Under the pieces are notes generated by a model. It saw only the letters and a list, made by a program, of their open reading frames with translations. It did no database searches and was not told where the DNA came from. This document shows, in pieces, positions 30,895 through 41,708 of a stretch of DNA of 64,000 nt. Origin of the DNA: a bacterium (GTDB taxonomy: Bacteria > Patescibacteriota > Patescibacteriia > Patescibacteriales > UBA12465). The position numbers and the translations under genes are program-made. Position 1 is the first letter of the stretch. Each line of letters starts with the position of its first letter. The stretch covers positions 30,537-94,536 of the forward strand of contig DAONYH010000002.1 of assembly GCA_035414245.1 (NCBI GenBank), in the 5' to 3' direction.

Positions 30895-32298
30895 TTAATA
30901 ATCTCTTAATTTTTCCAAACCTTTAAACTTTCTGATCTTCTCTAAAGCCTTGGATTCAATTTGACGAATACGTTCACGCGTCACTTCAAATTCCTGTCCC
31001 ACTTCTTCCAAAGTATGAGCAACACCGTCTAATAAACCAAAACGCATTTCCAAAATCTTTTGCTCGCGCGGCGATAATTGAGAGACAATATTTTTCACAT
31101 AGTCGCGTAAAAGTTGTAAAGCGGCGGCACGATCCGGAGTAATATTTTTTACATCTTCAATAAAATCTTCTAGGGTTGAATCCTCTTCATCATCACCAAT
31201 CGTTGTTTCTAAAGAAATTGTATCTTGAGAAATTTTCATGATATATCTGACTTTCTCAATATCTTCTCCCATCTCAGTGGCGATTTCTTCGGCTAATGGT
31301 TCACGTCCTAATTCTTGAATCAAATTACGTTGAATCTGTTGAAATTTATTAATTGTTTCTACCATGTGTACGGGAATGCGAATGGTGCGTGATTGATCGG
31401 CTAAAGCGCGCGTGATAGCTTGTCTAATCCACCAAGTGGCATAAGTGGAAAATTTAAAACCTTTGCGATATTCAAATTTTTCTACTGCTCTAAACAAACC
31501 AATATTCCCTTCTTGAATCAAATCAAGTAAGCTCATGCCTTTGGCTCCGGCAAATTTTTTGGCAATGGAAACTACTAAACGTAAATTGGCTTCAATAATT
31601 TTTCTTTCCGCTTCTTTATCACCTTTTTCTTTTCTCTTGGCGAGTTCAATCTCCTCTTCACTGCTAAGTAAAGGCACTTTGCCAATTTCTTTTAAATACA
31701 TCTGAATTGAATCAGCGCTCAATTTTGATAAATCAACTTGCGCGGCAGCTTGTTGCGCGGCAGCACGCTCAGATAAAGCTGGTTGAGTGGATTTGCTCGC
31801 AGCGACATCTAAAATTTTACCCGAATCTTCAACAATACGAATCCCATTTTTTTGCAGTTCACCTAAAAAAACATCGTAATCATAAACATATTCCTCAATT
31901 TCGGGAAATAGATACAATAATTCGGTTTCCGTGACAAAACCACGCAAACGCCCCTTATCAATCAATTTTTTTAAACTCTCTTCACTGGGACGGACAATTT
32001 CTCTGGGGGTACTGCTCTTTACTTTAACCAGACGACTGGATTTAACACTTTTTTTCGGTTTACGCGTGCTGGTTTTTTTAACATTTTTCTTAACTACTTT
32101 AGCTTTGGAAACTTTTGAAGCACTGCGACTGGTTTTAGTGGTCGCTTTCTTTTTTGAAGACGACACGGGTTTGCGACTGACGGTTTTTTTTGGTTTAGCA
32201 GCCGGCTTGCTTTTGGCGCCAGACTTCATAGGTTTCGCTTTTTTTGGCGTGACGGTTTTTTTTGTAGTTTTTTTCTTAGTTGTCGCTTGTTTCGCCAT
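30895..32298 (-). CDS. rpoD: RNA polymerase primary sigma factor (sigma-70 family) with a Lys-rich N-terminal extension
   Basis: Region 2 reads [40 protein letters not shown]. Region 4 reads [24 protein letters not shown]. The first approximately 100 aa are rich in K, T, S, A and P. Confidence 0.92.
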   Translation of the reverse strand: MAKQATTKKKTTKKTVTPKKAKPMKSGAKSKPAAKPKKTVSRKPVSSSKKKATTKTSRSASKVSKAKVVKKNVKKTSTRKPKKSVKSSRLVKVKSSTPREIVRPSEESLKKLIDKGRLRGFVTETELLYLFPEIEEYVYDYDVFLGELQKNGIRIVEDSGKILDVAASKSTQPALSERAAAQQAAAQVDLSKLSADSIQMYLKEIGKVPLLSSEEEIELAKRKEKGDKEAERKIIEANLRLVVSIAKKFAGAKGMSLLDLIQEGNIGLFRAVEKFEYRKGFKFSTYATWWIRQAITRALADQSRTIRIPVHMVETINKFQQIQRNLIQELGREPLAEEIATEMGEDIEKVRYIMKISQDTISLETTIGDDEEDSTLEDFIEDVKNITPDRAAALQLLRDYVKNIVSQLSPREQKILEMRFGLLDGVAHTLEEVGQEFEVTRERIRQIESKALEKIRKFKGLEKLRDY

Positions 32299-32304
32299 AG
32301 TTAT

Positions 32305-34161
32305 TTAAATTAATTTATTTAATTCTTCACTCGCCGCCTTTAATTCTAACATTAAACTTTCTACTTTTTGGCAACTATCATCAGTTTGATTTTTTTCTGC
32401 CTCGGAAAGAGCCTTCTCTAATTTTCTAATTTGTTTTTTCAAAGCAAAACGTTTTAGTTCAACCATTATTTTTATCAATTCCTGCCGTCCTTTATCGCTA
32501 TCAAAACTATAAAATTCTTTTTCACCTAACAAAACCAATTTATTTAATTGCTTTTCAAAATCCGCATCAAGCTCTTCTAAGTATAATTTAAATTCTTCAT
32601 AATTCAGTGTCAAATTTTTATGATAATAAATGATTAAATTTTCATAGAATTGCGAATTTTGCGCAGGATAAACTTTACTGGGATCAAAATTTTCTAAACT
32701 ATAGGAAATAAGTTCGGGAAATTTGATTAACAAAGCTAAAAATAATTCTGAGAGCATTTCTTCTCGGCTCAGGACAGGTAGAACTTCACTCTTCTCACTG
32801 GCGCTAGCGCTAGCCCTAGTTTTAGAATCTGAACTACGATTACTGGCAGTAGCTTTGGTACTAAAAAGCGCAAATTCTTCTCTAATATCCACTTCGGAAA
32901 AATCTAATTTTTCACTGATGGTTTTTAGCCAATAACCTTGCTCAACTTTATTAGGCACTAAATTAATCATCGCAAACATTTTATCGCGAATAATTATTTT
33001 ATTATCAATCTTCTCCAAATCTAAATCAGCGCTAATTTTTTGATAATAATATTCTAAAATCGGTTGAGCGGCTTCAACAGCGGTCTTAAAGTCAGCCGGA
33101 TTTTCTCTTAAACAATCATCTGGGTCTTTGCCGTGTGGCAAAGTAATAATTTTGATATTCATGCCCTGCGCCAGTGATTCTTTTATCCCCCGATCAGCCG
33201 CATTTTGCCCAGCTTCATCCATATCAAACGCCAAAGCCAAATTTTTAGTAAATCTTTTTAAAAGCGCAACCTGTTCATTGGTCAAAGCTGTGCCGGAAGA
33301 AGCCACAACATTTTTAAAGCCATAGTTATGACAAGAAATAGCATCCATTTGTCCTTCCACAACAATGGCTAAATCAGTTTTTCTAATTGCTTCCTTAGCT
33401 TTGTTTAAAGCAAACAAAACCCGACTCTTGTCATAAATTTCTGATTGCGGACTATTAATATACTTGCCCATTTTTTCGGTTTTCTCTTTTTCCGGATTAA
33501 TACGTGCCGTGAAAGCGACTAAATTATGATTGACATCTGAAATCGGAAACATAATCCGATCACGAAAACGATCATAGAAACGTCGCCCTTCAATAGCCGG
33601 ACCATCTTTACGAACAATCAAACCGGTGGCAAAAATTTCTTCATCATTATATTTTCTGCCTAAACGCGGACGAGACAATAAAAAATCATACAAACTGCTC
33701 CAAGTATCAGGACTATAACCTAGTTGCCAATCTTCTATAGTTTCCTCTTTTAAACCGCGTTTAATTAAATATTCTTTGGCCTGGCGTCCGGTTGGTGTTT
33801 TAAGAACATGGGCATAATATTTTCCGGCTAATTCCATAATATCCAACAAGCGATTACGCTTGGAACGATTTTCTGGATTATCGTATTTTAAAGTAACACC
33901 CGCTTTTTGAGCCAACAATCTTAGAGCTTCAACAAATGATTGTCCTTCTTTTTCCATGATAAAAGAAAAAATATCGCCTCCACGTCCGCAACCAAAACAA
34001 TGCCAAATTTGTTTCTCTGGTGAAATTACAAAAGACGGAGTTTTCTCATTATGGAAGGGACAAAGCGCTTGAAAATTTGCCCCCACCGCTTTAATGGGAA
34101 TATACTCCCTAATCACTTCTACAATATCCAATTTACTTTTTATTTCATCTCTATCAGACAT
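32305..34161 (-). CDS. dnaG: DNA primase
   Basis: Zn finger CPFHNEKTPSF...CFGCG and Toprim motif VVEGQMDAIS. Confidence 0.92.
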   Translation of the reverse strand: MSDRDEIKSKLDIVEVIREYIPIKAVGANFQALCPFHNEKTPSFVISPEKQIWHCFGCGRGGDIFSFIMEKEGQSFVEALRLLAQKAGVTLKYDNPENRSKRNRLLDIMELAGKYYAHVLKTPTGRQAKEYLIKRGLKEETIEDWQLGYSPDTWSSLYDFLLSRPRLGRKYNDEEIFATGLIVRKDGPAIEGRRFYDRFRDRIMFPISDVNHNLVAFTARINPEKEKTEKMGKYINSPQSEIYDKSRVLFALNKAKEAIRKTDLAIVVEGQMDAISCHNYGFKNVVASSGTALTNEQVALLKRFTKNLALAFDMDEAGQNAADRGIKESLAQGMNIKIITLPHGKDPDDCLRENPADFKTAVEAAQPILEYYYQKISADLDLEKIDNKIIIRDKMFAMINLVPNKVEQGYWLKTISEKLDFSEVDIREEFALFSTKATASNRSSDSKTRASASASEKSEVLPVLSREEMLSELFLALLIKFPELISYSLENFDPSKVYPAQNSQFYENLIIYYHKNLTLNYEEFKLYLEELDADFEKQLNKLVLLGEKEFYSFDSDKGRQELIKIMVELKRFALKKQIRKLEKALSEAEKNQTDDSCQKVESLMLELKAASEELNKLI

Positions 34162-34185
34162 AGATAAATATTAAGTGATTATATT

Positions 34186-34515
34186 TTAAACAAACAAATC
34201 ATTAGCTAATAAACTTTTTAATCTGGCTGCCTCTCGCTCCACTACTTCCCCATCATATTCAGCATTATGTCGATTAAAACCGGCGTAGCCGGGACGCTTT
34301 TGATCAAGATGTAAATTGAAAATCACCAGCTCCTCACCACTAGGACTTTTTTGTTCGGAAAAATAAATATGAAAACGCGGATAAAAGTCTCTAGTTAAGC
34401 GTCGGGCAAAACTTTTCTGCCCGTCTTCCCTTTCCGGAATATAAGCATAGCCGGCGCGACGCAACCATTTATCCGGACTCTCCCCTAATTGTGTTTTCTT
34501 GACTGCGATTTTCAT
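34186..34515 (-). CDS. Hypothetical protein
   Basis: 109-aa ORF that overlaps the gtrA-like 3' end by 47 nt. I recognise no motif. Confidence 0.5.
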   Translation of the reverse strand: MKIAVKKTQLGESPDKWLRRAGYAYIPEREDGQKSFARRLTRDFYPRFHIYFSEQKSPSGEELVIFNLHLDQKRPGYAGFNRHNAEYDGEVVEREAARLKSLLANDLFV

Positions 34516-34993
34516 CTTGAATATTTTTATTGGGTTTAAACTTAAATATTATAAATTTATAAACTAAAAAATTATAAACAGCGATTGTTAAGCTAACTAT
34601 TACTTGCGCTAGCAAATACCAGATACCCAATTTATTAACCAGTAAATGCATGAATAAACCATTTAAACTTAAACCGATAAATGAATTGGTTAGATATAAT
34701 GCCAGCTGAAGCGGCATCTTCTCTTTATTATAATTTCTGAATGTCCAAAATTTTTGCAAGGTAAAGCTAACTAGGAAGGCAAAGATAAAGGCTAAACTAG
34801 TGGACAGAATCAAACCCCAAGCCAGTAAACCATGAAACAAATACAAAAGTAATAAATTTACCAACGTTGCTGAGCCACCCGCAAAAATAAACTTAACAAT
34901 TGATTTATATTTATTAATAATTCTAAATACTTTGGGAAAACGCGTGGCCAAAGTGGATTTTAACTTGGAGTACAGATTATTAATAAAGGACAT
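34469..34993 (-). CDS. GtrA-family membrane protein
   Basis: 4-TM protein with FIFAGGSATLVNLLLLYLF, typical of GtrA-like proteins. Confidence 0.7.
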   Translation of the reverse strand: MSFINNLYSKLKSTLATRFPKVFRIINKYKSIVKFIFAGGSATLVNLLLLYLFHGLLAWGLILSTSLAFIFAFLVSFTLQKFWTFRNYNKEKMPLQLALYLTNSFIGLSLNGLFMHLLVNKLGIWYLLAQVIVSLTIAVYNFLVYKFIIFKFKPNKNIQDENRSQENTIRGESG

Positions 34994-35000
34994 GTGTTAA

Positions 35001-35891
35001 TTATTTAATATTTTTAAAATAATTTTCTAAAACCCAACCAATAATCGTCTTACTTTCTCTAAATCTTTCATTTAAACCGGCACTATTTAAGACAGACGCA
35101 ATTAATTGTTCTCCTTGCTTTCCCTCAAAGCGACCGACAAAACAATAACCGGCTAAATCAGTATATCCTGTTTTTCCACCCAATGATTTAAAGTCGTTTT
35201 GGCTGGAATCATAAAGTAAATGATCAGTTGATTCAATCAGTATTTCCTTATCTTTCTGAGTTGTAAATTGATATTCTTTTAATTTAATCGCTTCACTAAT
35301 TTCATTTAACTGAAAAGCGGAATGCGCGAGTAGAGCTACTTCGCGGGCGGTAGAAACATTTTTTTCACTTAAACCAATCGGATCGGAAAAACTGGTGTTT
35401 AATAATCTTAATTCCAAAGCTTTTTGATTCATGCGCGCAATAAATTCTTCTTGACTTAAACCAGAAGCATTAACGAGCGCCATCGTAGCGCCATTATCAG
35501 AAGCGACTAAACTGGTTAAAAATAAATCTTTTAGGGAAACAGTATCACCGGGAAATAAATTCAAGCGCCCGCCGCTAATCATATCGGCTGTGGTAATTGT
35601 GTAAGTACTTTCCCAGTCTGGTTTAGTTTCTAAAAAAACTAAAGCAGTCATTAATTTGGTAATACTGGCAATCGGTTGCACTATATCCGCTCTTTTATCA
35701 AACAAGAGATAGCGACCATCAGGCGATAAAACGGCCGCTTTATCGGCCGCCACTATTTCTCGACTCGCTTCTTTAGGCAAAGACATTAATTCCCAACCCT
35801 GATTGGTAATTATCGGTAAATTGGCATTAGCGGTAAAAAGAGTCAGTATCAAATTAAAAATAAAAGCGGTAATCATTTTCTCGTAAAACAA
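35001..35891 (-). CDS. D-alanyl-D-alanine carboxypeptidase (serine peptidase S11, PBP5-like)
   Basis: SxxK motif SITKLMT, SxN motif SDN and a KTG motif (GGKTGYT). Confidence 0.8.
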   Translation of the reverse strand: MFYEKMITAFIFNLILTLFTANANLPIITNQGWELMSLPKEASREIVAADKAAVLSPDGRYLLFDKRADIVQPIASITKLMTALVFLETKPDWESTYTITTADMISGGRLNLFPGDTVSLKDLFLTSLVASDNGATMALVNASGLSQEEFIARMNQKALELRLLNTSFSDPIGLSEKNVSTAREVALLAHSAFQLNEISEAIKLKEYQFTTQKDKEILIESTDHLLYDSSQNDFKSLGGKTGYTDLAGYCFVGRFEGKQGEQLIASVLNSAGLNERFRESKTIIGWVLENYFKNIK

Positions 35892-35893
35892 TT

Positions 35894-36448
35894 TTATTTA
35901 TTAAGTTCGTCTTCGGAGACAAAGGTCGCTTCTTGCAAAACTTCTGATTTATTCAATCTTTCGTAATCAGGTAAATCTTCAATTTTGCTAATTCCCAAAA
36001 AGCGCACAAAATCCATAGTCACGGTGTAAAAATTTTCATTTTTTAATTTATCAAATTTTTCTTCAATCAAACCACGTAAAAGTAAATTACGAATTATTAA
36101 ACTGCAATTAACGCCTCTGATTCTATCTAACTCTATTTTGCTTATTGGTCCACGATAGGCAATAATTGTTAGGGCTTCTAAGCTGGGTTGTGATAATTCA
36201 CCGCTAAACTCGCTCTTTAAAAAATCTTTCACCAAGTTGGCGTTTTCCGGAGCAGTACTTAATTGATAGCTATGATTATTGATTAACAATCTTAAACCAC
36301 TGCCGGATTGTTCATAATCTTGAGCGAGTGCATTTAAAGCTTCTTCAACCGCTTGTTTTTTCTCATCCGTCGCAGAAATCAACTCTTTTAAAGTCAGGGG
36401 TTTAATCGCGACAAATAGTAATGATTCAAGTTTAGATTTTAAATTCAT
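35894..36448 (-). CDS. scpB: Segregation and condensation protein B
   Basis: LESLLFVAIKPLTLKEL...LEALTIIAYRGPISKIELDRIRGV, adjacent to scpA. Confidence 0.85.
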   Translation of the reverse strand: MNLKSKLESLLFVAIKPLTLKELISATDEKKQAVEEALNALAQDYEQSGSGLRLLINNHSYQLSTAPENANLVKDFLKSEFSGELSQPSLEALTIIAYRGPISKIELDRIRGVNCSLIIRNLLLRGLIEEKFDKLKNENFYTVTMDFVRFLGISKIEDLPDYERLNKSEVLQEATFVSEDELNK

Positions 36449-36450
36449 AC

Positions 36451-37173
36451 TTAATTTTGATTTTTTAAAATATGGATATCACTGAACAAATCCTCTTGTT
36501 CAAAGATTAATTCTTTTTGTTTGGCTAATTCTAAAACAGCCAAAAAGCTAACAATCACCTCAGTTTTATTTTTAGCTTCTTTAAGCAATCTGGTAAAATT
36601 TACTTTTATTTTTTCAAATAATATTTTTTTAATTGAAGAAATCTTATCTTCAATATTTATTTTTGGTTCTAAACGCCTCTCCTCTAAAGCCACTTCTTTA
36701 TTTTTTTCCAGTTGAGCAATCAATCTTTCCAATTCTTGTTTTAAAATAAGCGGATGAATTTTATTGGGTGGAGAAAAACTTGGTTCAGTTGAACTGGGAC
36801 GACGACTTTTAATTAGCGGTGGCAAAAAAGAAAATTTCTCTTGAGCAATTAAACTCTTTATTTTTTCACTCGCCTCAATAAAATCTTTATACATGCGCAA
36901 TTGTCTTTCCAAATCATCTCCCTCATCTTCTTCACTATCATGATAAAGATAAGGCAAAAGCGCTTTTGATTTAATATATAATAATTTAGCGGCGACTACT
37001 AAAAAATCAGCTAATTCGTCCGGATCAATATCTTCCGCCGCTTTTACATGAGCAACATAATCATCGGCAATTTTAGCTAAATTGATTTCTGTTATATCCA
37101 TTTCTTCCCTCTCAATCAGGGATAAAAGCAATCCTAGAGGGCCGGAAAATTTTTCAGTAATAATTTCTATCAT
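36451..37173 (-). CDS. scpA: Segregation and condensation protein A
   Basis: EKFSGPLGLLLSLIEREEMDITEINLAKIADDY. Confidence 0.85.
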   Translation of the reverse strand: MIEIITEKFSGPLGLLLSLIEREEMDITEINLAKIADDYVAHVKAAEDIDPDELADFLVVAAKLLYIKSKALLPYLYHDSEEDEGDDLERQLRMYKDFIEASEKIKSLIAQEKFSFLPPLIKSRRPSSTEPSFSPPNKIHPLILKQELERLIAQLEKNKEVALEERRLEPKINIEDKISSIKKILFEKIKVNFTRLLKEAKNKTEVIVSFLAVLELAKQKELIFEQEDLFSDIHILKNQN

Positions 37174-37199
37174 AATTTGAAACTAATCCGCCTTAATCT

Positions 37200-38150
37200 T
37201 TAATCTAAATATGTTTCCATTGGTGCTTCAAGCGCTCTACTTTCTTCTTTAGCCCATAAATAACCGGGCAGACATTGATAACCGCTGTCATGATTTTTAT
37301 TACCCGAAAAATATGGAATACCAGGCTCGCCATTTTCATAACTACTGGTTCTAAATTCAGCGCATAATTCAAAACCATCATTATTTTCACCGGTTAACTT
37401 ATATTCTATTCTTTCTTGAGTTTCTGGATTAAGAATAAATCTCTCCTCAAAATATAAATCTTTTTCTGCTCTCAATTGATCTAGGTCAGCGGGCAATTTT
37501 CCATAACGAGTATAATAAGTGTTAATGACGCTCTCTAAACTATACATATTATCAACCACAATTTGATCTAAACGACGGTTTCTCGCTTTTTGTGGTGATT
37601 CAACAAAAAAACAAGCCGCAATAAAAGCGCTTAAAACAATCGCCAAAGAAACAAAGAAAAATAATTTAACCACTTTATCTTTTTTAATTACATCAGTTCG
37701 CTTGATGTCATAAAAATAAAAAGAAAAAACCGCCGCCGCAATAACCAAGATGGCTAAGGCTTTTAAAATAAAACGGGTGCTAAGTTCACCGGATAAAAAA
37801 TTATTAATAATGCCGATAAAAACACCTAAAATAATTATTGAAGAAACAAAAATAATGAAATAGGTTAACCAACGTCTAATGTCGGAATCAGTGCTGATTT
37901 CCTCTCGACGCAAACCACGATAAATAAGATTGGTGACAATATAAAAAACAGGTGTAGCAATAAGCAGCGCCGAAATGGCAAATTTAAACTGACTATTAAA
38001 ACTACTATATCCACTGGTCGCCAAAACATCGGCCACGGTCCGATTTATAATGCCAAAGGCCACCAAACCGACTGAAACCGCCATAAAAATTAAGGCTACC
38101 AAGGATAAAAGGTAATAAAAAGCGTATTTTGGGTTATTTTTTCCCCTCAT
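37200..38150 (-). CDS. DUF5671-like polytopic membrane protein
   Basis: The N-terminus KNNPKYAFYYLLSLVALIFMAV and six TM segments resemble DUF5671 proteins. The call is from memory only. Confidence 0.45.
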   Translation of the reverse strand: MRGKNNPKYAFYYLLSLVALIFMAVSVGLVAFGIINRTVADVLATSGYSSFNSQFKFAISALLIATPVFYIVTNLIYRGLRREEISTDSDIRRWLTYFIIFVSSIIILGVFIGIINNFLSGELSTRFILKALAILVIAAAVFSFYFYDIKRTDVIKKDKVVKLFFFVSLAIVLSAFIAACFFVESPQKARNRRLDQIVVDNMYSLESVINTYYTRYGKLPADLDQLRAEKDLYFEERFILNPETQERIEYKLTGENNDGFELCAEFRTSSYENGEPGIPYFSGNKNHDSGYQCLPGYLWAKEESRALEAPMETYLD

Positions 38151-38209
38151 ATTTTTATATTATTAATTTACTTAAATCTTATCGCATTTTAGGCCTTTTA
38201 GCAAGAAAA

Positions 38210-38260
38210 GACCGCTCATATTTTTTGCGATTTATTAGGCAAAAAAGACGAAAAGCGGTC
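38210..38260 (-). terminator. Two-tier hairpin after recO
   Basis: Outer stem gaccgct/agcggtc (7 bp) and inner stem ttttttgc/gcaaaaaa (8 bp). Confidence 0.4.
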
Positions 38261-38327
38261 AAGAAGTAATCAATAAAAAATTGGAAATCGGTCAAAAAAT
38301 AATTAAAAATCTAATAATAAATTAATC

Positions 38328-39068
38328 TTAAAATCGGTAATTTAAAAAGCCTAAGGTTAAAATTGACAATTCTTTTATTAATTTTTTATCAATTTTTAAA
38401 TTGGGAATGGTGGGGGTTTCTTCATCAGTCAATAAGCGAAGTAATTTTATACAATTATCTGAAATGGCTAGTAATTCTATTTTTTCTGCTTCTTTGATCG
38501 TCTTAAAACAATTAGCGCAAATTAGGCCACCGTTTTTCAAATTAAAATAATTTTTACCCGGTTTTAATTTTTGTGCACAATTTAGACAGGTCTGCAATTG
38601 AGGTTTATAACCTAATTTACTCAAAACTTTAAACATGAAAAAAGAAAATAATATTTCTCCTTCTTCCTGACTTAAAGTTTGATTTTTTTTATTGTTAAAA
38701 AAACTCAAATAACCAAGCAACAAGGAAAATATTTCTTGGTCAGCCTCTCCTTCTTCACTGAGACGATTAAGCCAATTCAAACCCTGACCAGCGTAATAAA
38801 GACTATTTAAATCATCTTTCAAAGTTAAAAATGACTCGCGCAAAACCGCGCTCCCCACATAATCACGACTTTTGCCGGAGATAATCATTAAGTCAACAAA
38901 ATTGAAAGGCTCTAAATGACCAGCCAGCTTTGATTGCAATTTTTTACTGCCCCGAACAATCAAAGATAACTTGCCATAGTCAAGCGTATAAAATCCCACC
39001 AAAGAATCATTCTCGCGATAATCTTGATGGCTTAGAACAATCGCTTGTGTTTTTCGACTTGTTTCCAT
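38328..39068 (-). CDS. recO: DNA repair protein RecO
   Basis: OB-fold N-terminus AIVLSHQDYRENDSLVGFYTLDYGKLSLIVRGSKK and Zn motif CLNC...CANC. Confidence 0.8.
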   Translation of the reverse strand: METSRKTQAIVLSHQDYRENDSLVGFYTLDYGKLSLIVRGSKKLQSKLAGHLEPFNFVDLMIISGKSRDYVGSAVLRESFLTLKDDLNSLYYAGQGLNWLNRLSEEGEADQEIFSLLLGYLSFFNNKKNQTLSQEEGEILFSFFMFKVLSKLGYKPQLQTCLNCAQKLKPGKNYFNLKNGGLICANCFKTIKEAEKIELLAISDNCIKLLRLLTDEETPTIPNLKIDKKLIKELSILTLGFLNYRF

Positions 39069-39098
39069 ATAAAATAAACTATTTCTCTAAAAAATAAA

Positions 39099-39488
39099 TT
39101 AACGCGCGCCGTCTAGATAGTTTTGTAAAATAAGAGCGGCGGCAATTTCGTCTCGTCCGGCCTTAGCCTTATTTTTTTTCCCTAAAGCATCGGCTGCTAA
39201 ACTACTTAAACGCTCATCTAAAAAAACAATTGGTATATCAACTTGTTTTTCTAGTTGGTCAACAAAAATCTGCCAATTAGGATTATCAGCTTGTTCGCCA
39301 CTCATTTTTCGCGGATAACCCAAAACCAAACAATCAATTTCTTCTGCGCTAATAACAGAAATTAATTCTAGCAAATTACTAACCGTTTTAAAAGGCAGGG
39401 CTAATTTTGTTTCACTATCAGCTGAAGCTAAGCCAATACGTTTTTCACCCCAATCAATGCCTAAATATTTTTTGAAATTCTTAGCCAT
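39099..39488 (-). CDS. ruvX: Putative pre-16S rRNA nuclease / Holliday junction resolvase-like YqgF
   Basis: LGIDWGEKRIGLA...DERLSS. Confidence 0.85.
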   Translation of the reverse strand: MAKNFKKYLGIDWGEKRIGLASADSETKLALPFKTVSNLLELISVISAEEIDCLVLGYPRKMSGEQADNPNWQIFVDQLEKQVDIPIVFLDERLSSLAADALGKKNKAKAGRDEIAAALILQNYLDGAR

Positions 39489-39491
39489 AGA

Positions 39492-40328
39492 TTACAAACT
39501 GGTCAAAATTTCTACACCGGTTTCAGTAATAGCCACCGTATGTTCAAAATGAGCGCTCAATGATCCATCAGCCGTTAAAATAGTATAGCCATTGTCCGCA
39601 ATTTTTACGCGCCAATCACCACTATTGATCATCGGCTCAATCGCAATCACCATTCCCGGCTCTAAAATAATATTTTCAGCCGAATTATCTTTGATGACAA
39701 AATTAAATACATCTGGCGCTTCGTGCGCAAAATAGCCAACGCCATGACCAACTAAATCACGCACAATGCCATAATTATATTTATCAACCACTTTAGTAAT
39801 TGCTCTGGCAATATCATTTAAACGCTTCCCCGGGCCAGCTGCTTTGATAGCTTCAGTTAAAGAGAGATGTGTAACATTTAATAGCTTTCTGGCTTCCTTA
39901 CTGATCTTCCCCGCGGGAACAGTTAAACAAGTATCGGTAAAATATCCGCCGTGTTGAGAATGAGGATTGGTGGGATAATTATATTTTTCTCGCTCTTCTT
40001 TATTAATCGGCCATTCCATGCCAATATCTAAATCAACAATATCGCCACTTTTTATTTCTCGATCCGGTAAAGCACTGCCATGGACAACTTCATCATTAAT
40101 AGAAACACAAAGAGCGGAAGGAAAAAACAAACCATCGCCCATTGGATAGTCTTTAAAAGCAGGCGCGCCCCCGGCCGATTTAATTAAACGCAGAGCTAAA
40201 TCTTCTAACCGCGCAGTTCTTAAACCCGGTTTAATCTCTTTAGCTAAGGCTTGCAAAATCTGCGCCAAACGTTGTCCGCCGGCTCTTATCACAGCAATTT
40301 CTGATTTTTTCTTTATGTAAACCATCAA
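39492..40328 (-). CDS. map: Methionine aminopeptidase type I
   Basis: Metal-ligand contexts VHG, DIVDLD, GHGVG, IEPM and FEHT. Confidence 0.92.
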   Translation of the reverse strand: MMVYIKKKSEIAVIRAGGQRLAQILQALAKEIKPGLRTARLEDLALRLIKSAGGAPAFKDYPMGDGLFFPSALCVSINDEVVHGSALPDREIKSGDIVDLDIGMEWPINKEEREKYNYPTNPHSQHGGYFTDTCLTVPAGKISKEARKLLNVTHLSLTEAIKAAGPGKRLNDIARAITKVVDKYNYGIVRDLVGHGVGYFAHEAPDVFNFVIKDNSAENIILEPGMVIAIEPMINSGDWRVKIADNGYTILTADGSLSAHFEHTVAITETGVEILTSL

Positions 40329-40373
40329 TTTATCTCTAAATTATATTAATTTATCTTTAAATTAAATTTTTAT

Positions 40374-41222
40374 TTATAAATTTTGAAAAGGTGAAGAAGG
40401 CGAGGAGGGCGAAGAAGGAGAAGCCGGACCACTTCCTTTTGCATCAAAAGATCCGGATATATTTTTTTTAAATTGCATCCTACCCGGCTCTAAACCTTTT
40501 TCTCGTCCTGGATCAACTTTTTTCATTCTATCCGGAGTAGCAAATCCTCCACTGGCAGCAGTCAATTTTCGTTCAGGAGTGGTAAATCCTGATCGACTAA
40601 CCGGCTGATTGCCATAGGAAATATCTTGTGAGGATCCTAGACCAGCGTTTTGTATTCTTTCTAAACGTTTGTTTATGCGCACTTCTTCTTTATTTTTTAA
40701 ACGTCGTTCTATTAATTGATCACTAAAAGAAAAACCTTGGCTATCTTGTTCTTGATTAGCAAAACCGGGTCGACTAAGACGTCCGGTGCTAGTGTCTAAT
40801 TGACGTTTTACTTTACCGCCTTTCTCTTCTGCTTCTTTTCTTCTATCCTCTTCAAAACTTTGATCCTTAGCTAATTGTTTTTGAATTTTTATTTTCGGCT
40901 TATCATCGTCTTTACTAGCTTGACCCTCACTTAAATGTTTTAGTAATTTTTTTATCTGTTTAGCATCACCACTAGTTAGTTTACTACCTTCTAATCTTTT
41001 AATTTCATTCCAAGCTCTAGCTCGTCTGGTGGCGCTGAAAGAACCGCTTCTGATCGCGGCTTCGTTTTTCTTCAAAACCTTAACAATACTATCTTTGTTA
41101 TCACTTAAATGACTTAAATGACCAAGGCGCGTTGCTGAACTTAATTTTTTAGAAAAACTGCCAACACCCGCATTGGCACGAAATTTTAGACTGGCACCTG
41201 GCAAATCAGTGATTCTGGTCAT
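40374..41222 (-). CDS. Hypothetical, predicted disordered basic protein
   Basis: 282 aa rich in K, R, S, G and E, ending in PSSPSSPSSP. Confidence 0.5.
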   Translation of the reverse strand: MTRITDLPGASLKFRANAGVGSFSKKLSSATRLGHLSHLSDNKDSIVKVLKKNEAAIRSGSFSATRRARAWNEIKRLEGSKLTSGDAKQIKKLLKHLSEGQASKDDDKPKIKIQKQLAKDQSFEEDRRKEAEEKGGKVKRQLDTSTGRLSRPGFANQEQDSQGFSFSDQLIERRLKNKEEVRINKRLERIQNAGLGSSQDISYGNQPVSRSGFTTPERKLTAASGGFATPDRMKKVDPGREKGLEPGRMQFKKNISGSFDAKGSGPASPSSPSSPSSPFQNL

Positions 41223-41254
41223 AGGCTAAAAATTAATATTAAAACCAAAATAAA

Positions 41255-41551
41255 TTATTCTTTAAGACTAAGCAACAAATCTCTAATATCATCTAAATCA
41301 TTTTTAGTTAAACCTAATTTAATGCGATTATGATAAAGATAATACATGTCATTTTTAATTGACAATCTGGAAGCCTTGATTCCGCGTCTTCTTTTTTCCT
41401 TATACTTCTTTAGTAAATCAAGAATAATTTCTCTATCTTGAGCATCCAAATGTTTATAGCGCGGATTAACGCGAAACATTTTGTCTAAACGTTGATCAAG
41501 ACGATAGTCGGTCTGATCTTTTAGATTTTTTGTAACATCTTTAAGTTGCAT
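41255..41551 (-). CDS. Hypothetical small basic protein
   Basis: 98-aa ORF preceded by an extended -10 box. Confidence 0.5.
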   Translation of the reverse strand: MQLKDVTKNLKDQTDYRLDQRLDKMFRVNPRYKHLDAQDREIILDLLKKYKEKRRRGIKASRLSIKNDMYYLYHNRIKLGLTKNDLDDIRDLLLSLKE

Positions 41552-41645
41552 AATTTTAGCATAATTTTACAAAAAATAAAGGGTTTGTTTAAGAGTCTAT
41601 TTTTAAAATACCTTCCCTTTCTATTTTGTCACTATTCCTAAGCTA

Positions 41646-41654
41646 ATTATACCA
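41646..41654 (-). promoter_or_regulatory. Extended -10 promoter element
   Basis: The minus strand reads TGGTATAAT, immediately after the secY terminator. Confidence 0.4.
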
Positions 41655-41681
41655 CAAAAAACAGCGACCTTTAAGGCCGCT
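41655..41681 (-). terminator. Terminator after secY
   Basis: Stem agcgacc/ggccgct (1 mismatch), followed by T6 on the minus strand. Confidence 0.5.
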
Positions 41682-41708
41682 ATTTTATTTAAAAAATTTT
41701 TAAATTCT

